This document shows, piece by piece, positions 32,746 through 43,213 of a stretch of DNA of 64,000 bases (its first letter is position 1; each line of letters begins with the position of its first letter). The translations under genes and the position numbers were made by a program. Source of the DNA: an uncultured Acidobacteriota bacterium (GTDB lineage Bacteria > Acidobacteriota > JAQAZP01); NCBI GenBank assembly GCA_963836075.1, contig CAWIIB010000001.1:2233833-2297832 (forward strand), read 5' to 3'. The notes beneath the pieces were generated by a model. That model did not search any database. It was given only the letters and a program-made list of their open reading frames with translations, and was not told the origin of the DNA.

Positions 32746-33675
32746 TCAGGCTTCCTGGCACTGATCGGGCTCTACGCAGCAGACCCGGTTACGGCCCTGG
32801 GATTTGGCCTGGTACATGGCACTGTCGGCGCGATCGAGAACCTCCTCCACCTTGGCGCCCTTCGTTGCCTTGGTGGCCCCAATGCTGATGGTGACTTTGA
32901 TCGGCCCCGCATCGGTGTCGATGGGTTGATCGCCAACGGCGCTCCGCAGCCGCTCGCACGCGGCCCGAATCTGCTCCAGGCCGCAGTCCACCAGCAGCAC
33001 CAGGAACTCCTCGCCACCGAGACGGCCCACGACATCGTACTTGCGCAACCGCCCCACCATGCGCTGGGCAACCTCGCGAAGGACCTCGTCTCCCACCAGG
33101 TGGCCGTGCGTGTCGTTGACCTCCTTGAACTGGTCGAGATCGGCGACGAGCACACCCAGGCCGGGGCTCTGGGGGCTCCGATCCTGACGCAGCTGCTCCC
33201 GTCCCAGGGTATCCATGATGGCGAACCGGTTCCAGAGTCCGGTGAGGGCGTCTCGCGTAGCCCGCACCCGCAAAGACTCCCGCGCGGCGATGAGCTCCTC
33301 CTGCAGTTTCACGATCCGCTGGCCGGCCCGCAAACGCACCTCGAGCTCGTGCTGCTGGAAGGGTTTGCAGAGGAAGTCATCGGCCCCGGCGTCCATGGCC
33401 TCCACCAGATCGGCGGGCTCGCTCCGCGCGGTGAGCAGAATGGTGTAGGTGTAAGGCGTGTCCTCGAGATTCCGGACCTTCCGGCACAGCGATACCCCGT
33501 CCAGGCCCGGCATCTGCCAGTCGAGGACTGCCAACCTGGGCGCATCCTTGCTTCTCAGGATCTCCCAGGCATCAGAACCGTTGGAAACAGTCACCACATC
33601 ATAGTCCCACTTTTCCAGCGTGCGCTGGAGAAGGTGACGTGAAACCTGTTCGTCCTCAGCAATCAGTACTTGCAT
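32746..33675 (-). CDS. Response-regulator diguanylate cyclase (PleD-like)
   Basis: REC (AEDE, LDWQMP, KPF); DALTGLWNR, RKYD I-site, GGEEF. Confidence 0.92.
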   Translation of the reverse strand: MQVLIAEDEQVSRHLLQRTLEKWDYDVVTVSNGSDAWEILRSKDAPRLAVLDWQMPGLDGVSLCRKVRNLEDTPYTYTILLTARSEPADLVEAMDAGADDFLCKPFQQHELEVRLRAGQRIVKLQEELIAARESLRVRATRDALTGLWNRFAIMDTLGREQLRQDRSPQSPGLGVLVADLDQFKEVNDTHGHLVGDEVLREVAQRMVGRLRKYDVVGRLGGEEFLVLLVDCGLEQIRAACERLRSAVGDQPIDTDAGPIKVTISIGATKATKGAKVEEVLDRADSAMYQAKSQGRNRVCCVEPDQCQEA

Positions 33676-33972
33676 TCCAAGGCTCCAGTTCCTGTTCCAT
33701 GTGGAAAATGTTCGGACTTTTCACCAGAAGGGGAACTTCCTGCTCTGGCTTGTCCGTATTAAATCCGGGCCTGTGGGCATTCATGAAAACAGTGCCGAAC
33801 GTTGTTCGCTGCCGGGCTTGAAGGGCCTCGACAACGTTGGATGTTCCCAAGGATAAGGGAAAAGCAGCCGTCCGATCAAGCCGTTCATGAAATAAATTTT
33901 CATGAAGTCGACGATCAGGGAGGTCGCCGGTGAGCCGCCCGGTGAAGTGGAAAACCACGCCGTATTCCTGCT

Positions 33973-34440
33973 TCACGGCGCGAATGCCGTTAGCGTGCAA
34001 CCGTCCGTGTCGGTGTCGCCCGACGGCGGGTAGGGAGGTTGATTGTAAGGGGCCGGTGTGATGTCCTGGGCCTCCAGCGTAAAGACGTTCTGTCCGATGA
34101 CCGTACCCAGGGCCGGAATGTTCTGCCACCAGAAAGTGATGTAACTACCGCCGCCGCTGACATTGGTGTACCCGGCTCGCCAGTTCCCATAGCTATCGCC
34201 GTTGCCCAGGGTGACGTCGACGCGGCCGGCCAACCGGCGGGTTTGTCCCTCGTAGAGATTGATCAGCGCAACACCCATCATCGTCTGGAAGGGCACGGTG
34301 CCCGAATGGGGATTACAGCTGAAAAGCGCCGAAATCGTCTGCCAACCGGATGCGGAAGCCGGGTAGTGAAAACCCATATCCGCCTGCCCGGTGTCGGCGG
34401 CTTCATCGGAGCGGGTGGTCAACTGGTCGAGGCAGGGCAA
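33973..34440 (-). pseudogene. Orphan 3' remnant of a secreted protein retaining an intact shared C-terminal domain
   Basis: TTRSDEAADTGQADMGFHYP then CNPHSGTVPF...WRAGYTN...PYNQPPYPPSGDTDTDGCTLTAFAP; no signal peptide or N-terminal body. Confidence 0.75.
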
Positions 34441-34652
34441 GGGATATGAGGCAACAGATCAGCGCAAACGAACGCATGGTCACACCCTCCGGTGGAGAGA
34501 AGAGTATTCGAGCAATGACGCGGGAATGATCGTTGTTCATATTGAGCACAATGCTATTCAGGAGACTGCTTTACCCGGGCGAAGACATGAACTGTCAAGT
34601 TGAACCTAAATTTTTCTTACTGGAAAGTCAAAGCAGATTCTCAGGCGTACGT

Positions 34653-34994
34653 CTAGTCCCGCTTCCGCCGGTCCGGAGAAACCTGGTACAGCGGCTCCAG
34701 GTCGTCGATCTCCCGCACCCGGTCGCTGCGCATGGCGTGCCAGAGGTCCCAGTCCTGCTGCAGGCCGAGCCAGACGTCGGCTGACACGCCCAGCACCCTG
34801 GCCAGCCGCAAAGCGGTGTCGGTGGTCACCGACCGCTTGCCGCGGATAATCTCGTTGAGACGGGGGAAGGAAACCCCGAGGCGGATGGCGAACTCCGACA
34901 GGCTGATGCCCAGGGGTTTGAGGAACTCCTCGAGGAGCATCTCGCCGGGGTGGGTGGGCGGGCGATGTTCCGGTAGCCGCCGACCCCCGATCAC
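34653..34994 (-). CDS. higA: HigA-family antitoxin, copy 1
   Basis: PPTHPGEMLLEEFLKPLG...RLNEIIRGKRSVT...WLGLQ; start uncertain. Confidence 0.9.
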   Translation of the reverse strand: MIGGRRLPEHRPPTHPGEMLLEEFLKPLGISLSEFAIRLGVSFPRLNEIIRGKRSVTTDTALRLARVLGVSADVWLGLQQDWDLWHAMRSDRVREIDDLEPLYQVSPDRRKRD

Positions 34995-35019
34995 GCTTGT
35001 CGATCCTGTTGCTCCCTGC

Positions 35020-35313
35020 TCAGTGGTAATCGGTGATTTCGACTTCATCCGCATGGCCGTTCTCCCAACGGAAGCAAATCCGGTACTGATCGTTGATTCT
35101 GATGCACCATTGCCCTGCCCTGTCACCCTTCAACCGTTCGAGCCGGTTTCCCGGCGGTCTGCTCAGTTCCTCCAACCGGACAATCCGGTTGAGCAGGTCG
35201 AGCCTGCGACCGGCCACCGACCAGAGTTCTCGCGGACAGACCTTTCGAGCGACTTTCGTGTCCGCTCCGTCAAAGACATCCAATGTCCCGCGGTTCCTGA
35301 ACGATTTTATCAT
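35020..35313 (-). CDS. higB: HigB (RelE/ParE) toxin, copy 1
   Basis: MIKSF...PPGNRLERLKGDRAGQWCIRINDQYRICFRW...VEITDYH. Confidence 0.92.
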   Translation of the reverse strand: MIKSFRNRGTLDVFDGADTKVARKVCPRELWSVAGRRLDLLNRIVRLEELSRPPGNRLERLKGDRAGQWCIRINDQYRICFRWENGHADEVEITDYH

Positions 35314-35389
35314 GGCTCATATTATAATGGATAATATTATACATGGCAAGTACGCAGTTCGGTCTTAACGCTTCTACCTGCAGGAGAGA

Positions 35390-35873
35390 CTACTTCAGTG
35401 CCTCGTTCTTGGCTGCGTAAAATTCGCGGTCGTAGCGGAAGCAGTGGTGGTTTGACCGCAACCTGCCGACAGCGAGGACCAGGCCCTCGACGTTCTGGCC
35501 GAAGTAGAAGTTGGCGGTTAGGCCCTCGGGGCCGGGGCGCAGGCCCACCACCAGCGGGCAGAGGAACTGCTCCACCGGGGCCGAGATGCCGGCCTCGTGG
35601 GAATCGGGTACCACCGGGACCTCGAAACCGAGCCACTCCGAGTGCTCGCCGGCGTCGGCTCCGGCGGCCAGGACGACTTCGGCCGAGGAGTATTTGCCCT
35701 TGTCGGTGACCACGCCGGTGATCCGGTCACCCTCGCGGAGGTAGCCGGTGACCCGTTCGTTGAATTGGTAGACCACACCGTTGTTCTGCGCCTCGCGCTG
35801 GAACGCCAGGGGAGCCAGGATCGATGAGACTTGGCCTTCGTGGGGCGAGAAGGTGCCGCCGCGAAGGTCTTTG
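35390..35873 (-). pseudogene. Truncated, internally deleted copy of the FAD oxidoreductase 3' half
   Basis: KDLRGGTFSPH...NFYFGQNVE|GLVLAVG...HHCFRYDREFYAAKNEALK matches 45666-46433. Confidence 0.88.
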
Positions 35874-36116
35874 AAAACACCGTATCTCACAGCGTCCCCG
35901 ACCCCTCGCGACGAAGTTCTGTCAGAAGTCCGGGCTTGACGTCGAATTTCACCCCTGGGCCAGGGGCAGCACGGTGCCCCAGTTAATGGTGCTCGAATAC
36001 CTCAATGATCGCCGAGCGGGATGACTGCAGCTTCACCAGCGCCGGAGTGCTCAAGCTGAAACTGCCCGGGACCGGGCGGTTTATCGACGAGGCGGGCGCC
36101 GCCTTGAACAGCCTAG

Positions 36117-36380
36117 TATGACCGGCCACCGCGGCCGGAGCGGGCCGACCTGCACGTGGCGGTGCGAGAGAACCTGGAGCTGTTCTGTGACGGCTACGAT
36201 GAGCAGTTCCTCGACCAGCACGACCTTTTGAGCCCTAGAGCGCGCCGCACACTGGAGGGGTATGTAGGTTGCGGGATTTTATCAGCGGGCTTTGCTCGCA
36301 TCTGGTGCGTGGATTGTGGCCACGAATTGCTGGTGGCCTTCTCATGTCCGCTCAGGGGTGTATGCCCATCCTGTCAACAG
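36117..36380 (+). pseudogene. IS91-family transposase zinc-binding domain remnant
   Basis: YVGCGILSAGFARIWCVDCGHELLVAFSCPLRGVCPSC; no downstream HUH/Y2 domain. Confidence 0.8.
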
Positions 36381-36788
36381 CCCACGTGCCGTCGGATTGG
36401 GTTGGCAGACTCGAGCAAGAGGAGCGAGCTGCACTGGACCGGGAGGATTAATTCTCACAGGCGTTACCCGATTGGGAAGAGTGGGAGCCGGCATGATCAT
36501 CGTAATCACAATCGTGGCGTGGAATCCCTCGGGGGACGACTCTGTTAACATGACCCATCGAACCGGGGCGATTCAGGTTATCAACTCACCATCTCCCTCT
36601 TTGTGAACGGACGGTGTCATCCACCCACGATGAACCGGTCATTTCCCTTGGAAATCCGACTCCAGATTCGATCACCACTCTCTTCTCTGGCGTGAGCAGC
36701 TTGATCGCACGGAAGCTTTTCCCTGTCCTTCTCGCTGGACCCGTACACTCGGTGGATGGGTACAGCGAATAGTGAAAGCATCATCCGC

Positions 36789-37328
36789 TCACCGTCCGGG
36801 CCGTAGGCATCCGAAGGGATAGATCAGCGAGAGCACTAGAAGGCTCCGGGCAGTGTGGGTCAAGAGAAAGGTGAGAAGGAAGTGGGCATACATCCCCCGG
36901 GGGAGGCCCTGCATCAGGATCACGATGGCAACAGTGAGAAAGGCGAGGCAAAGCGAGAGGACGGCGACAGGTACAATATTTCTCGGGCAGACCATAGCCA
37001 GCCAGAGGAGGCACAGCAGGTAGGGGATCGCCGTGGAGAGGGAAACGAGTGTCATCCGGGCGGCCGAGACTTGGACATACCAGGGATAGTAGCCCCGGGC
37101 CGTCAACCCCAGACAGTCGAAGAATCGGAACGGGTTCTCCACCGGCAGCAGTGAAAGGAGCGGGAACCGATTCTCCACAAGCCGATTGTGGTATTCAGTT
37201 GAGACGTCAAGATAGCGGATCGAGGGCGTGTTGAAGACATAGTGGACGAGACTCACCCCAAGAAAGGCACTATTAAAGATTGCCGCGGCAATGATCACGT
37301 GAGCTGCATTTTTCCATTCCGCCCGCAA
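36789..37328 (-). CDS. Hypothetical membrane protein
   Basis: About four hydrophobic segments; GGAGG RBS; co-oriented with 37358-39187. Confidence 0.55.
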   Translation of the reverse strand: MRAEWKNAAHVIIAAAIFNSAFLGVSLVHYVFNTPSIRYLDVSTEYHNRLVENRFPLLSLLPVENPFRFFDCLGLTARGYYPWYVQVSAARMTLVSLSTAIPYLLCLLWLAMVCPRNIVPVAVLSLCLAFLTVAIVILMQGLPRGMYAHFLLTFLLTHTARSLLVLSLIYPFGCLRPGR

Positions 37329-37357
37329 ATCGTGTCCTCCATCCGGAATCGCTCAGA

Positions 37358-39187
37358 TCAGTAATTTTCGCTGGCCGTGGCCGGTAAGCCCCAGTGAGGA
37401 TAGGCGTCGTCCCACTTGGTTTTGGTCAGTCGCTCCAGGATGCCACTCTCCAGGTCGTAAACGTAGATATCCCATTTGCCCTTACCATCGTAGGGCTCGG
37501 ATGCAAACACAATGCGTTTTCCGTCCGGAGACCAGGCCGGATCATAGTCCCGCCCCGGGGCCTCGATGGGCAGACAGCGTCGGTCGCCACCTTCAGCGTC
37601 CATCAACCAAATGTCGTGGTTGTTCTCGCGATGACGTGAGACGTGGGCGATCAGCTGGCCATCAGGCGACCAAGCGGGCCGGCAGCACCCGCTTCCCGGC
37701 GTAATCTGCCTTAGCGCGCCACCAGCCGGCTCAACAAGGCACACGTTCCACGCCCAGTTCCTGAGCAAGCCGTTGGCGCTGCAAGCAATGGTCTTTCCGT
37801 CCGGGGACCAGTCGGCGAGCATGTTGTCCTCACCCTTCCCCCGTGTTATCTGCCTGAGTCCCGTACCATCCGCCTTCATCACGTAGAGCTCGAAGTGTCC
37901 GGTGCGATTGGAATCGAAAAGAATCTCCTTCCCATCAGGAGACCATGTGGGATTGAGGTCCGACGCTGGATGGTCGGTAAGCCGATTCTGGCGGGTCCCG
38001 TCGGCGTCCATCACGTACACCTCGTCGTTCCCCCCGTCGCGCTGCGAAAAGAAGACGATGCACGTACCGTCCGGGGAGTACTCGGGATTAAAATCCGGCT
38101 GCGTATTTCGCGTCAGCTGACTGGCATCGCTCCCGTCCGGACGCATGGACCAGATGTCGAAGTCGCCGTCCCGGTCCGAGTGGAATACGATCCGTCCCTC
38201 GGCCCGTGCTGCCGTCCGTCGCGCTCCAGCGCCGCTCTTCAGGACACCGAGGTCAACGGCCGCGTCGCGGATCGCTGCGAGCTGGTTTAGCGGTGGTGTC
38301 ACCTCGCGCTGACGGTAGTGGTTCCAGTTGATGGAGAGGAAACCCACGTTCCGCCGAAGCGCCTCCCTGGCCAGGCGGTAGTAATAGTTGTATGAGGCCA
38401 CACCGCCCATCAGGCTGTCCTCGGTGACGATCGTCGGCTTTGACGGAGACGGCACCGGGTCGTAGTGTCGGGTGACGATATCGTTCAGGCCCCGCTCGTG
38501 GTCGTAAGAGGTGTATCCAGCATTCACGGCCACAGGCGCCCGGCAGAGTGACTTGACCTGCTTCACGAAGTGCCCCGTCCACTCGCCAGTGGGCGCGATC
38601 CCGGACCCGGAATCCACCGATTCGTTGTGCACCTCGAATATGACGTTGGGCAGTGAGCCGAGCTCTTCGACAGCTTTCTCCACATACGCCTCCTCAATCG
38701 CCACCATGCCGCCGTCCAAAGTGTATGGTGCGTGGGAATTGCCCGTCAGCCCGCTCCAGGGAGACCGATGCCAGGCCCGCTTGCTCATCCAGGGATCGAA
38801 GAGCACGACCACCACCTGGATCCCCCTCTCGTTCGCAGCGCGGACGAACCGTACGGCCCGCTTCCAGAACCGTGGATCGAAGGGGGCGCCGGGCCGGCCG
38901 TCGAGCCACGGTTGACGATGCCGGGGAAACATCTCCGGATAGGACGAACCGAGATCGACGAAGGTGGTCAGGCGGATCAGAGTGGCGTTGAGCCCGTAAG
39001 CATCGAGGTGGTCGAGGATGACGAAGGGATCGGGTGTATGGAGAATGGCTGAATCGTAAACCCCGACCGGAAGGACGCCGTCCGGGGCGGGGGCTCGGCC
39101 GTCCGGTTGACGGCCCGAAGTGAGCCACGCCAGCATCATCAGAATAAACGAGGTTGCTAAAAGTGCGAAGCGTGTTTTCCAACCCAT
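37358..39187 (-). CDS. Exported protein: GH-A-like TIM barrel plus TolB/PD40 repeats
   Basis: RFVRAANERGIQVVVVLFD, NVIFEVHNE; repeats PxWSPDGxxIxF.S.R.G. Confidence 0.8.
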   Translation of the reverse strand: MGWKTRFALLATSFILMMLAWLTSGRQPDGRAPAPDGVLPVGVYDSAILHTPDPFVILDHLDAYGLNATLIRLTTFVDLGSSYPEMFPRHRQPWLDGRPGAPFDPRFWKRAVRFVRAANERGIQVVVVLFDPWMSKRAWHRSPWSGLTGNSHAPYTLDGGMVAIEEAYVEKAVEELGSLPNVIFEVHNESVDSGSGIAPTGEWTGHFVKQVKSLCRAPVAVNAGYTSYDHERGLNDIVTRHYDPVPSPSKPTIVTEDSLMGGVASYNYYYRLAREALRRNVGFLSINWNHYRQREVTPPLNQLAAIRDAAVDLGVLKSGAGARRTAARAEGRIVFHSDRDGDFDIWSMRPDGSDASQLTRNTQPDFNPEYSPDGTCIVFFSQRDGGNDEVYVMDADGTRQNRLTDHPASDLNPTWSPDGKEILFDSNRTGHFELYVMKADGTGLRQITRGKGEDNMLADWSPDGKTIACSANGLLRNWAWNVCLVEPAGGALRQITPGSGCCRPAWSPDGQLIAHVSRHRENNHDIWLMDAEGGDRRCLPIEAPGRDYDPAWSPDGKRIVFASEPYDGKGKWDIYVYDLESGILERLTKTKWDDAYPHWGLPATASENY

Positions 39188-39407
39188 CTCTAATGCTTCA
39201 TCCGTAAAGTGTTGCCAAGCCGCCAGAGGTAACCACTCCCCTACCCTTCCCAGGGACCCATCGGAACCTATGCCGCTTTTTTCTACTCATAGCGATGATG
39301 GAATCCGCCTGCTCGCGAATGAGGAACCACCATTGCCCTCCTGACTGGCCTCATTTGGATCGGCCGGCCGGCAGGTGCTTCTTTCCCCAGCCCGTAGTGT
39401 GATCGAT

Positions 39408-39556
39408 TTCCATTGTACCATCATTGCTGGACGCATCTATCACTCGAAAAGGATTGTCCGAAACCGAAAGCGATAGAGCCGCCAGAGATGGGCAAGGTGA
39501 TCGCGATGCCGCAGGTCGGCGGCCTCCACCGCCAATACAATCGACTGGCATCGTGA
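39408..39556 (+). pseudogene. C-terminal scrap of the same integrase family as 1129-1680
   Basis: Hand translation THLSLEKDCPKPKAIEPPEMGKVIAMPQVGGLHRQYNRLAS* versus THLSLDKDCPEPRAVKPPKMGKVIALPQVGGLHHRYTRRAA*. Confidence 0.8.
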
Positions 39557-39677
39557 GTTGGTAGTGGGCCTCAAGGCCTTGGAGTCGAGTTCCATTTGGT
39601 AATAAACTTATCCAGCCTCTAGGTTATAGACCTATTAGGTAAACCCCCAGCAACGACCGCACCGATCCAGATCATGA

Positions 39678-40880
39678 TTAAACCCCGACTCTTGATTCGT
39701 CGGACAAGCGATGACCCGTCGGGGGCCGCGGTAAGCGCTGCTCCAGACGTTGTTCCGATGTCAGGTAGCGGAGCAGACAACCAACACCACCGATTCCGAG
39801 CAGAGCGTCGCTGGTGCGCACGATTTCCACGGTAGCGCCAATCTTCTCGGTAGCTTTTACTATCTCTTCCTTGAGATTGACCTGTGCGATGACACGATCG
39901 CCGCAATGTGGGCACCCCTTAGGGGCTGCGTTGACGCCGAGGGTTTCACAGCTGCGACATTTCCATCCGGCTGGCGCAGTGTAAGATTCGGACAGCACAA
40001 GGAGATCGACCTGCCCCTGGGCAAGTGCCTTGAGCGTAGCCTCGGTTCCCGCCACGGCCAGTCCCCCTGTTCTCAGCTCATCCAGGAGAAGACCCACAGT
40101 CTCCAACGACTCTGTCAGCTCATGCTCGGCGAAGACCGACAGTGTTGCGTTGACAACATCAGCCGTAGAAGCGTTGCCCGAGACTGTAACGAGATCGACC
40201 AGCTTATCCGTGAGGCGCTTGGGCAGGCTGTCGCGAACCCGTGCGATGGTGCGTGGATTGCCCGCCAAAATCAAGTGGGTGTGTATTCCCTTCGCCACAA
40301 GACGATCCAGGATTTCGATCTTTTCCTTGATGAACTTCTGCTTCTGATCTCTGCGGTGGTTCTGGTAATGATTTTTGGTCCACTCTCTGCCGACGCGCTC
40401 GCGAAGCTCGGGGTGTTCCGTCCACAGTTCCGTGGTGACATTGCCGACGTTCACCTCGACGATGCGGGCATGGGACTCTGTCGATATGAGCAAAACGTAG
40501 CGATGGAAGGTGTCCTTGAGCTTGACGAGTTCGTAGAGGTGCGGGATAGAGTCCACCGATATAAGGCTTGGGAGGGGTATTCTGAACTGGAGTGCCTTGA
40601 AGAATGGTGATTCGCCACCGCGGGAGAAGAGAGCCAATCCGTTCGTATCCGGGTTGACATCTTCGGCGAGGAAAACCTCGATCCGCCCGAACCCCTGCTC
40701 GAAACTGCGGCGCTGATCGGGGGGCAGCGCTTTGCGAATCTCCCGAACCCGCTCATCTATAGCATTGCGGTAGCTCGCACGACCAGCTTCGTTGTTGATG
40801 TAGCAACTGATTACCGGGCTGTCTGTCACGTCCAGTGCGGCAAGGTTCCTGAAGTGGTTCTCCAATATCTCAAAATCCAT
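39678..40880 (-). CDS. Bacterial aeRF1-like (baeRF) protein with C-terminal Zn ribbon
   Basis: VISCY, GLALF, HLILAG, GLAVAGTEATLKALAQGQVDLLVL, CRSC/CPHC, GGVGCLLRY; no GGQ. Confidence 0.8.
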   Translation of the reverse strand: MDFEILENHFRNLAALDVTDSPVISCYINNEAGRASYRNAIDERVREIRKALPPDQRRSFEQGFGRIEVFLAEDVNPDTNGLALFSRGGESPFFKALQFRIPLPSLISVDSIPHLYELVKLKDTFHRYVLLISTESHARIVEVNVGNVTTELWTEHPELRERVGREWTKNHYQNHRRDQKQKFIKEKIEILDRLVAKGIHTHLILAGNPRTIARVRDSLPKRLTDKLVDLVTVSGNASTADVVNATLSVFAEHELTESLETVGLLLDELRTGGLAVAGTEATLKALAQGQVDLLVLSESYTAPAGWKCRSCETLGVNAAPKGCPHCGDRVIAQVNLKEEIVKATEKIGATVEIVRTSDALLGIGGVGCLLRYLTSEQRLEQRLPRPPTGHRLSDESRVGV

Positions 40881-41124
40881 GACGCTCTCCTTTTCCCATA
40901 ATGGGTTGATTCGTAAACTGCGAACCAGACCCAGAGTTTCGGTCTGCACGAATGAGCCAACTCTTCTCCTCCACGCCGCTGTGCCCCGGAACCCAGTCGG
41001 TTCTTTCTGGCAATGCTCCGATTCTCCAACTATGTCCTGATGAAAATCTAACCGCTAACATTGATTCGGTCCATTCGATAATATAGAGTTATATATTCGA
41101 TCAGATCGAAGAGGAAAAACAATC

Positions 41125-42024
41125 ATGTACTCGTTGAACTACCAACATCTTCGCTACTATTGGGCTGTTTGTCGGCACGGAAACCTCACTCGTGCAAGCG
41201 CCGAACTCCATTTGACTCCCCAGACAATCAGCACCCAGATTCGCGATCTCGAGAATGGTCTTGGAGAGAAGCTGTTTTTTCGCCATGGGCGGCGCCTCGT
41301 GATTACGGATGTCGGACGGATCGTCTTTCGTTATGCTGACAAGATATTCGGCCTCGGCAAAGAGCTCCAAGACGTGGTCCGGGGTTTGCCAGCGAGCCAG
41401 CCTATGCACTTAGCCGTGGGCGTAGCGGATGTAGTGCCTAAGCTGATCGCGCATCATCTGATTGTTTCAGCCGTTCAGATGGAGGAGCCGGTGCATGTCA
41501 CCTGCCGTGAAGGCAGACCGGAGATTCTCCTCGCGGAGTTGGCGATCCACAACCTAGATGTTGTGCTGACCGATTCACCGATTCCGCCAATGGTGAAGGT
41601 TAAAGCCTACAACCACCTTCTCGGCGAATGCGGCGTCATCTTCATGGCCAGCGGCGATCGGGTGAAAGGCCTTAGAAAGGGATTCCCCGGGTCGCTGGAC
41701 GGCACCCCGTTCCTCGTACCGGTGAGAGGCACCACACTGCGACAGAAACTCGACGAGTGGTTTGACGCACGCTCAATTCACCCGGAAATTGTGGGTGAGT
41801 TCGAGGACAGCGCCCTGCTCAAGGTTTTTGGCCAGACGGGTACTGGCTTCTTTGCGATACCCGCTGTAATCGAGGCTGAAGTGGTACGACAGTACAAGGT
41901 AAAGACCATTGGGAATGCGGAAGGAATCGTCGAGCGCTTCTACGCCATCTCTATAGAGCGGCGGATTCATCATCCGGCTGTTGCCGCGATCTGCAAGGCT
42001 GGACGCTCCAAATTGTTTTCATGA
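41125..42024 (+). CDS. nhaR: NhaR-type LysR transcriptional regulator
   Basis: LNYQHLRYYW...LHLTPQTIS, VGVADVVPKLIA, EFEDSALLKVFG, ERRIHHP. Confidence 0.85.
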   Translation: MYSLNYQHLRYYWAVCRHGNLTRASAELHLTPQTISTQIRDLENGLGEKLFFRHGRRLVITDVGRIVFRYADKIFGLGKELQDVVRGLPASQPMHLAVGVADVVPKLIAHHLIVSAVQMEEPVHVTCREGRPEILLAELAIHNLDVVLTDSPIPPMVKVKAYNHLLGECGVIFMASGDRVKGLRKGFPGSLDGTPFLVPVRGTTLRQKLDEWFDARSIHPEIVGEFEDSALLKVFGQTGTGFFAIPAVIEAEVVRQYKVKTIGNAEGIVERFYAISIERRIHHPAVAAICKAGRSKLFS

Positions 42025-42277
42025 CGAAGTTGCAATTACCATGTGGACATTGCGTTCATGTGACGGAATCTTGATAAGCGAGCCTTTCCCGAACAGATCC
42101 GCCCGCGGGTAGAACTCGAAAAGTTACTCTGACGTTGGGTGTTTCGCCTTATTGGGGCATAGATCGCGGTCGGATGGATATTTCAGAATCCACAGGGGTT
42201 GTCGGCAGAGTGAACTGCGAATGTCACCACGACGATGACGAATCTATATACCACTCAGCTTAAAGTGCAGGGCTCCC

Positions 42278-42430
42278 TACTTCAGCACCTCTTTCTTGGC
42301 CGCGTAGAAGTCGCGGTCGTAACGGAAGCAGTGGTGGGCTTCCTCGGGCAGGCAGGTCTTGCCGTCGATAATCAGGGAGGTGACGTTCTTCCCCACCCCC
42401 GGGCCCATCATGAAGCCCTGGCCGCAACCT
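42278..42430 (-). pseudogene. Fragment of FAD oxidoreductase 3' end
   Basis: CGQGFMMGPGVGKNVTSLIIDGKTCLPEEAHHCFRYDRDFYAAKKEVLK*, near-identical to 45666-45815. Confidence 0.88.
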
Positions 42431-42452
42431 GCCCTCGGCCATCAATGCGGTG

Positions 42453-42962
42453 TCAAGGAACCGGCACCCCAAATGGTCCCAGTTTCTCAAGCTCCCACAG
42501 GTCGCGGATCGGTATGCCTTCGTATCCCTTCTCGGGCAACATGGGTTTGTGTTCACGCACACGGTCGACGGCATCGACGTGGACCCGGATCAATCTGTAG
42601 CCCCTCGAAAGGTACAACCCCGCAGCGAGCAGATTGTCGTTGGTCATCAAGGCCCAAGCACGGCCGAGGCCGCGGGCGTGAAACTTGTTCTCCACGGCTT
42701 CGAGGAGGCTTCGGCCGAATCCACGTCCACGGACGATGGTGTCGAGTGTTACGATCTGGCCCGCCGGCCCATCAACGTGATAGGTCACCAGACCGACCAG
42801 TTCGTCACGATAGTCAACGAGGGCGAGCCCTTGCACATCCGCGGGCTTGTAGATCGTGTTGAGGCACACGACGAGGCCGTACCAACGCTCTTCCCACACC
42901 TCATTGATCTCATCCGTTGTTGCTGACCTCAAGCGCATGTCGTGTTGTCGAAGTGGCGCCAT
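42453..42962 (-). CDS. GNAT acetyltransferase
   Basis: GRGFGRSLLEAV, TNDNLLAAGLY...GY, EKGYEGIPIRD. Confidence 0.85.
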   Translation of the reverse strand: MAPLRQHDMRLRSATTDEINEVWEERWYGLVVCLNTIYKPADVQGLALVDYRDELVGLVTYHVDGPAGQIVTLDTIVRGRGFGRSLLEAVENKFHARGLGRAWALMTNDNLLAAGLYLSRGYRLIRVHVDAVDRVREHKPMLPEKGYEGIPIRDLWELEKLGPFGVPVP

Positions 42963-43213
42963 CTCTCCCTCCTGAATATGTTTCTGACTTCGTGCCCTTC
43001 AAATGGCGGTAAACGCAGTTTCTTATATCATAGAGCCAGATACTCCCGGGCCGCAATCGGGTTCAGGGCCCCCTGCTTCAGCGCTTCGATCCCGGCCGCG
43101 GCCGCCTCCACGCCCTGCGCCCAGTTGCCCATTCCACCTCAACCGGACGGAGCGTGGTATAACGTTCTAATGAGCTTTAACAGTATCCAATCCGGAAATC
43201 CACTGCTGAGGGA

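Larger units (their letters stand above)
34658..35873. repeat. Direct repeat copy A (higA-higB plus oxidase 3' end)
   Basis: Collinear and highly similar to 44934-46433 at DNA level, with two internal deletions in the oxidase part. Confidence 0.85.
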
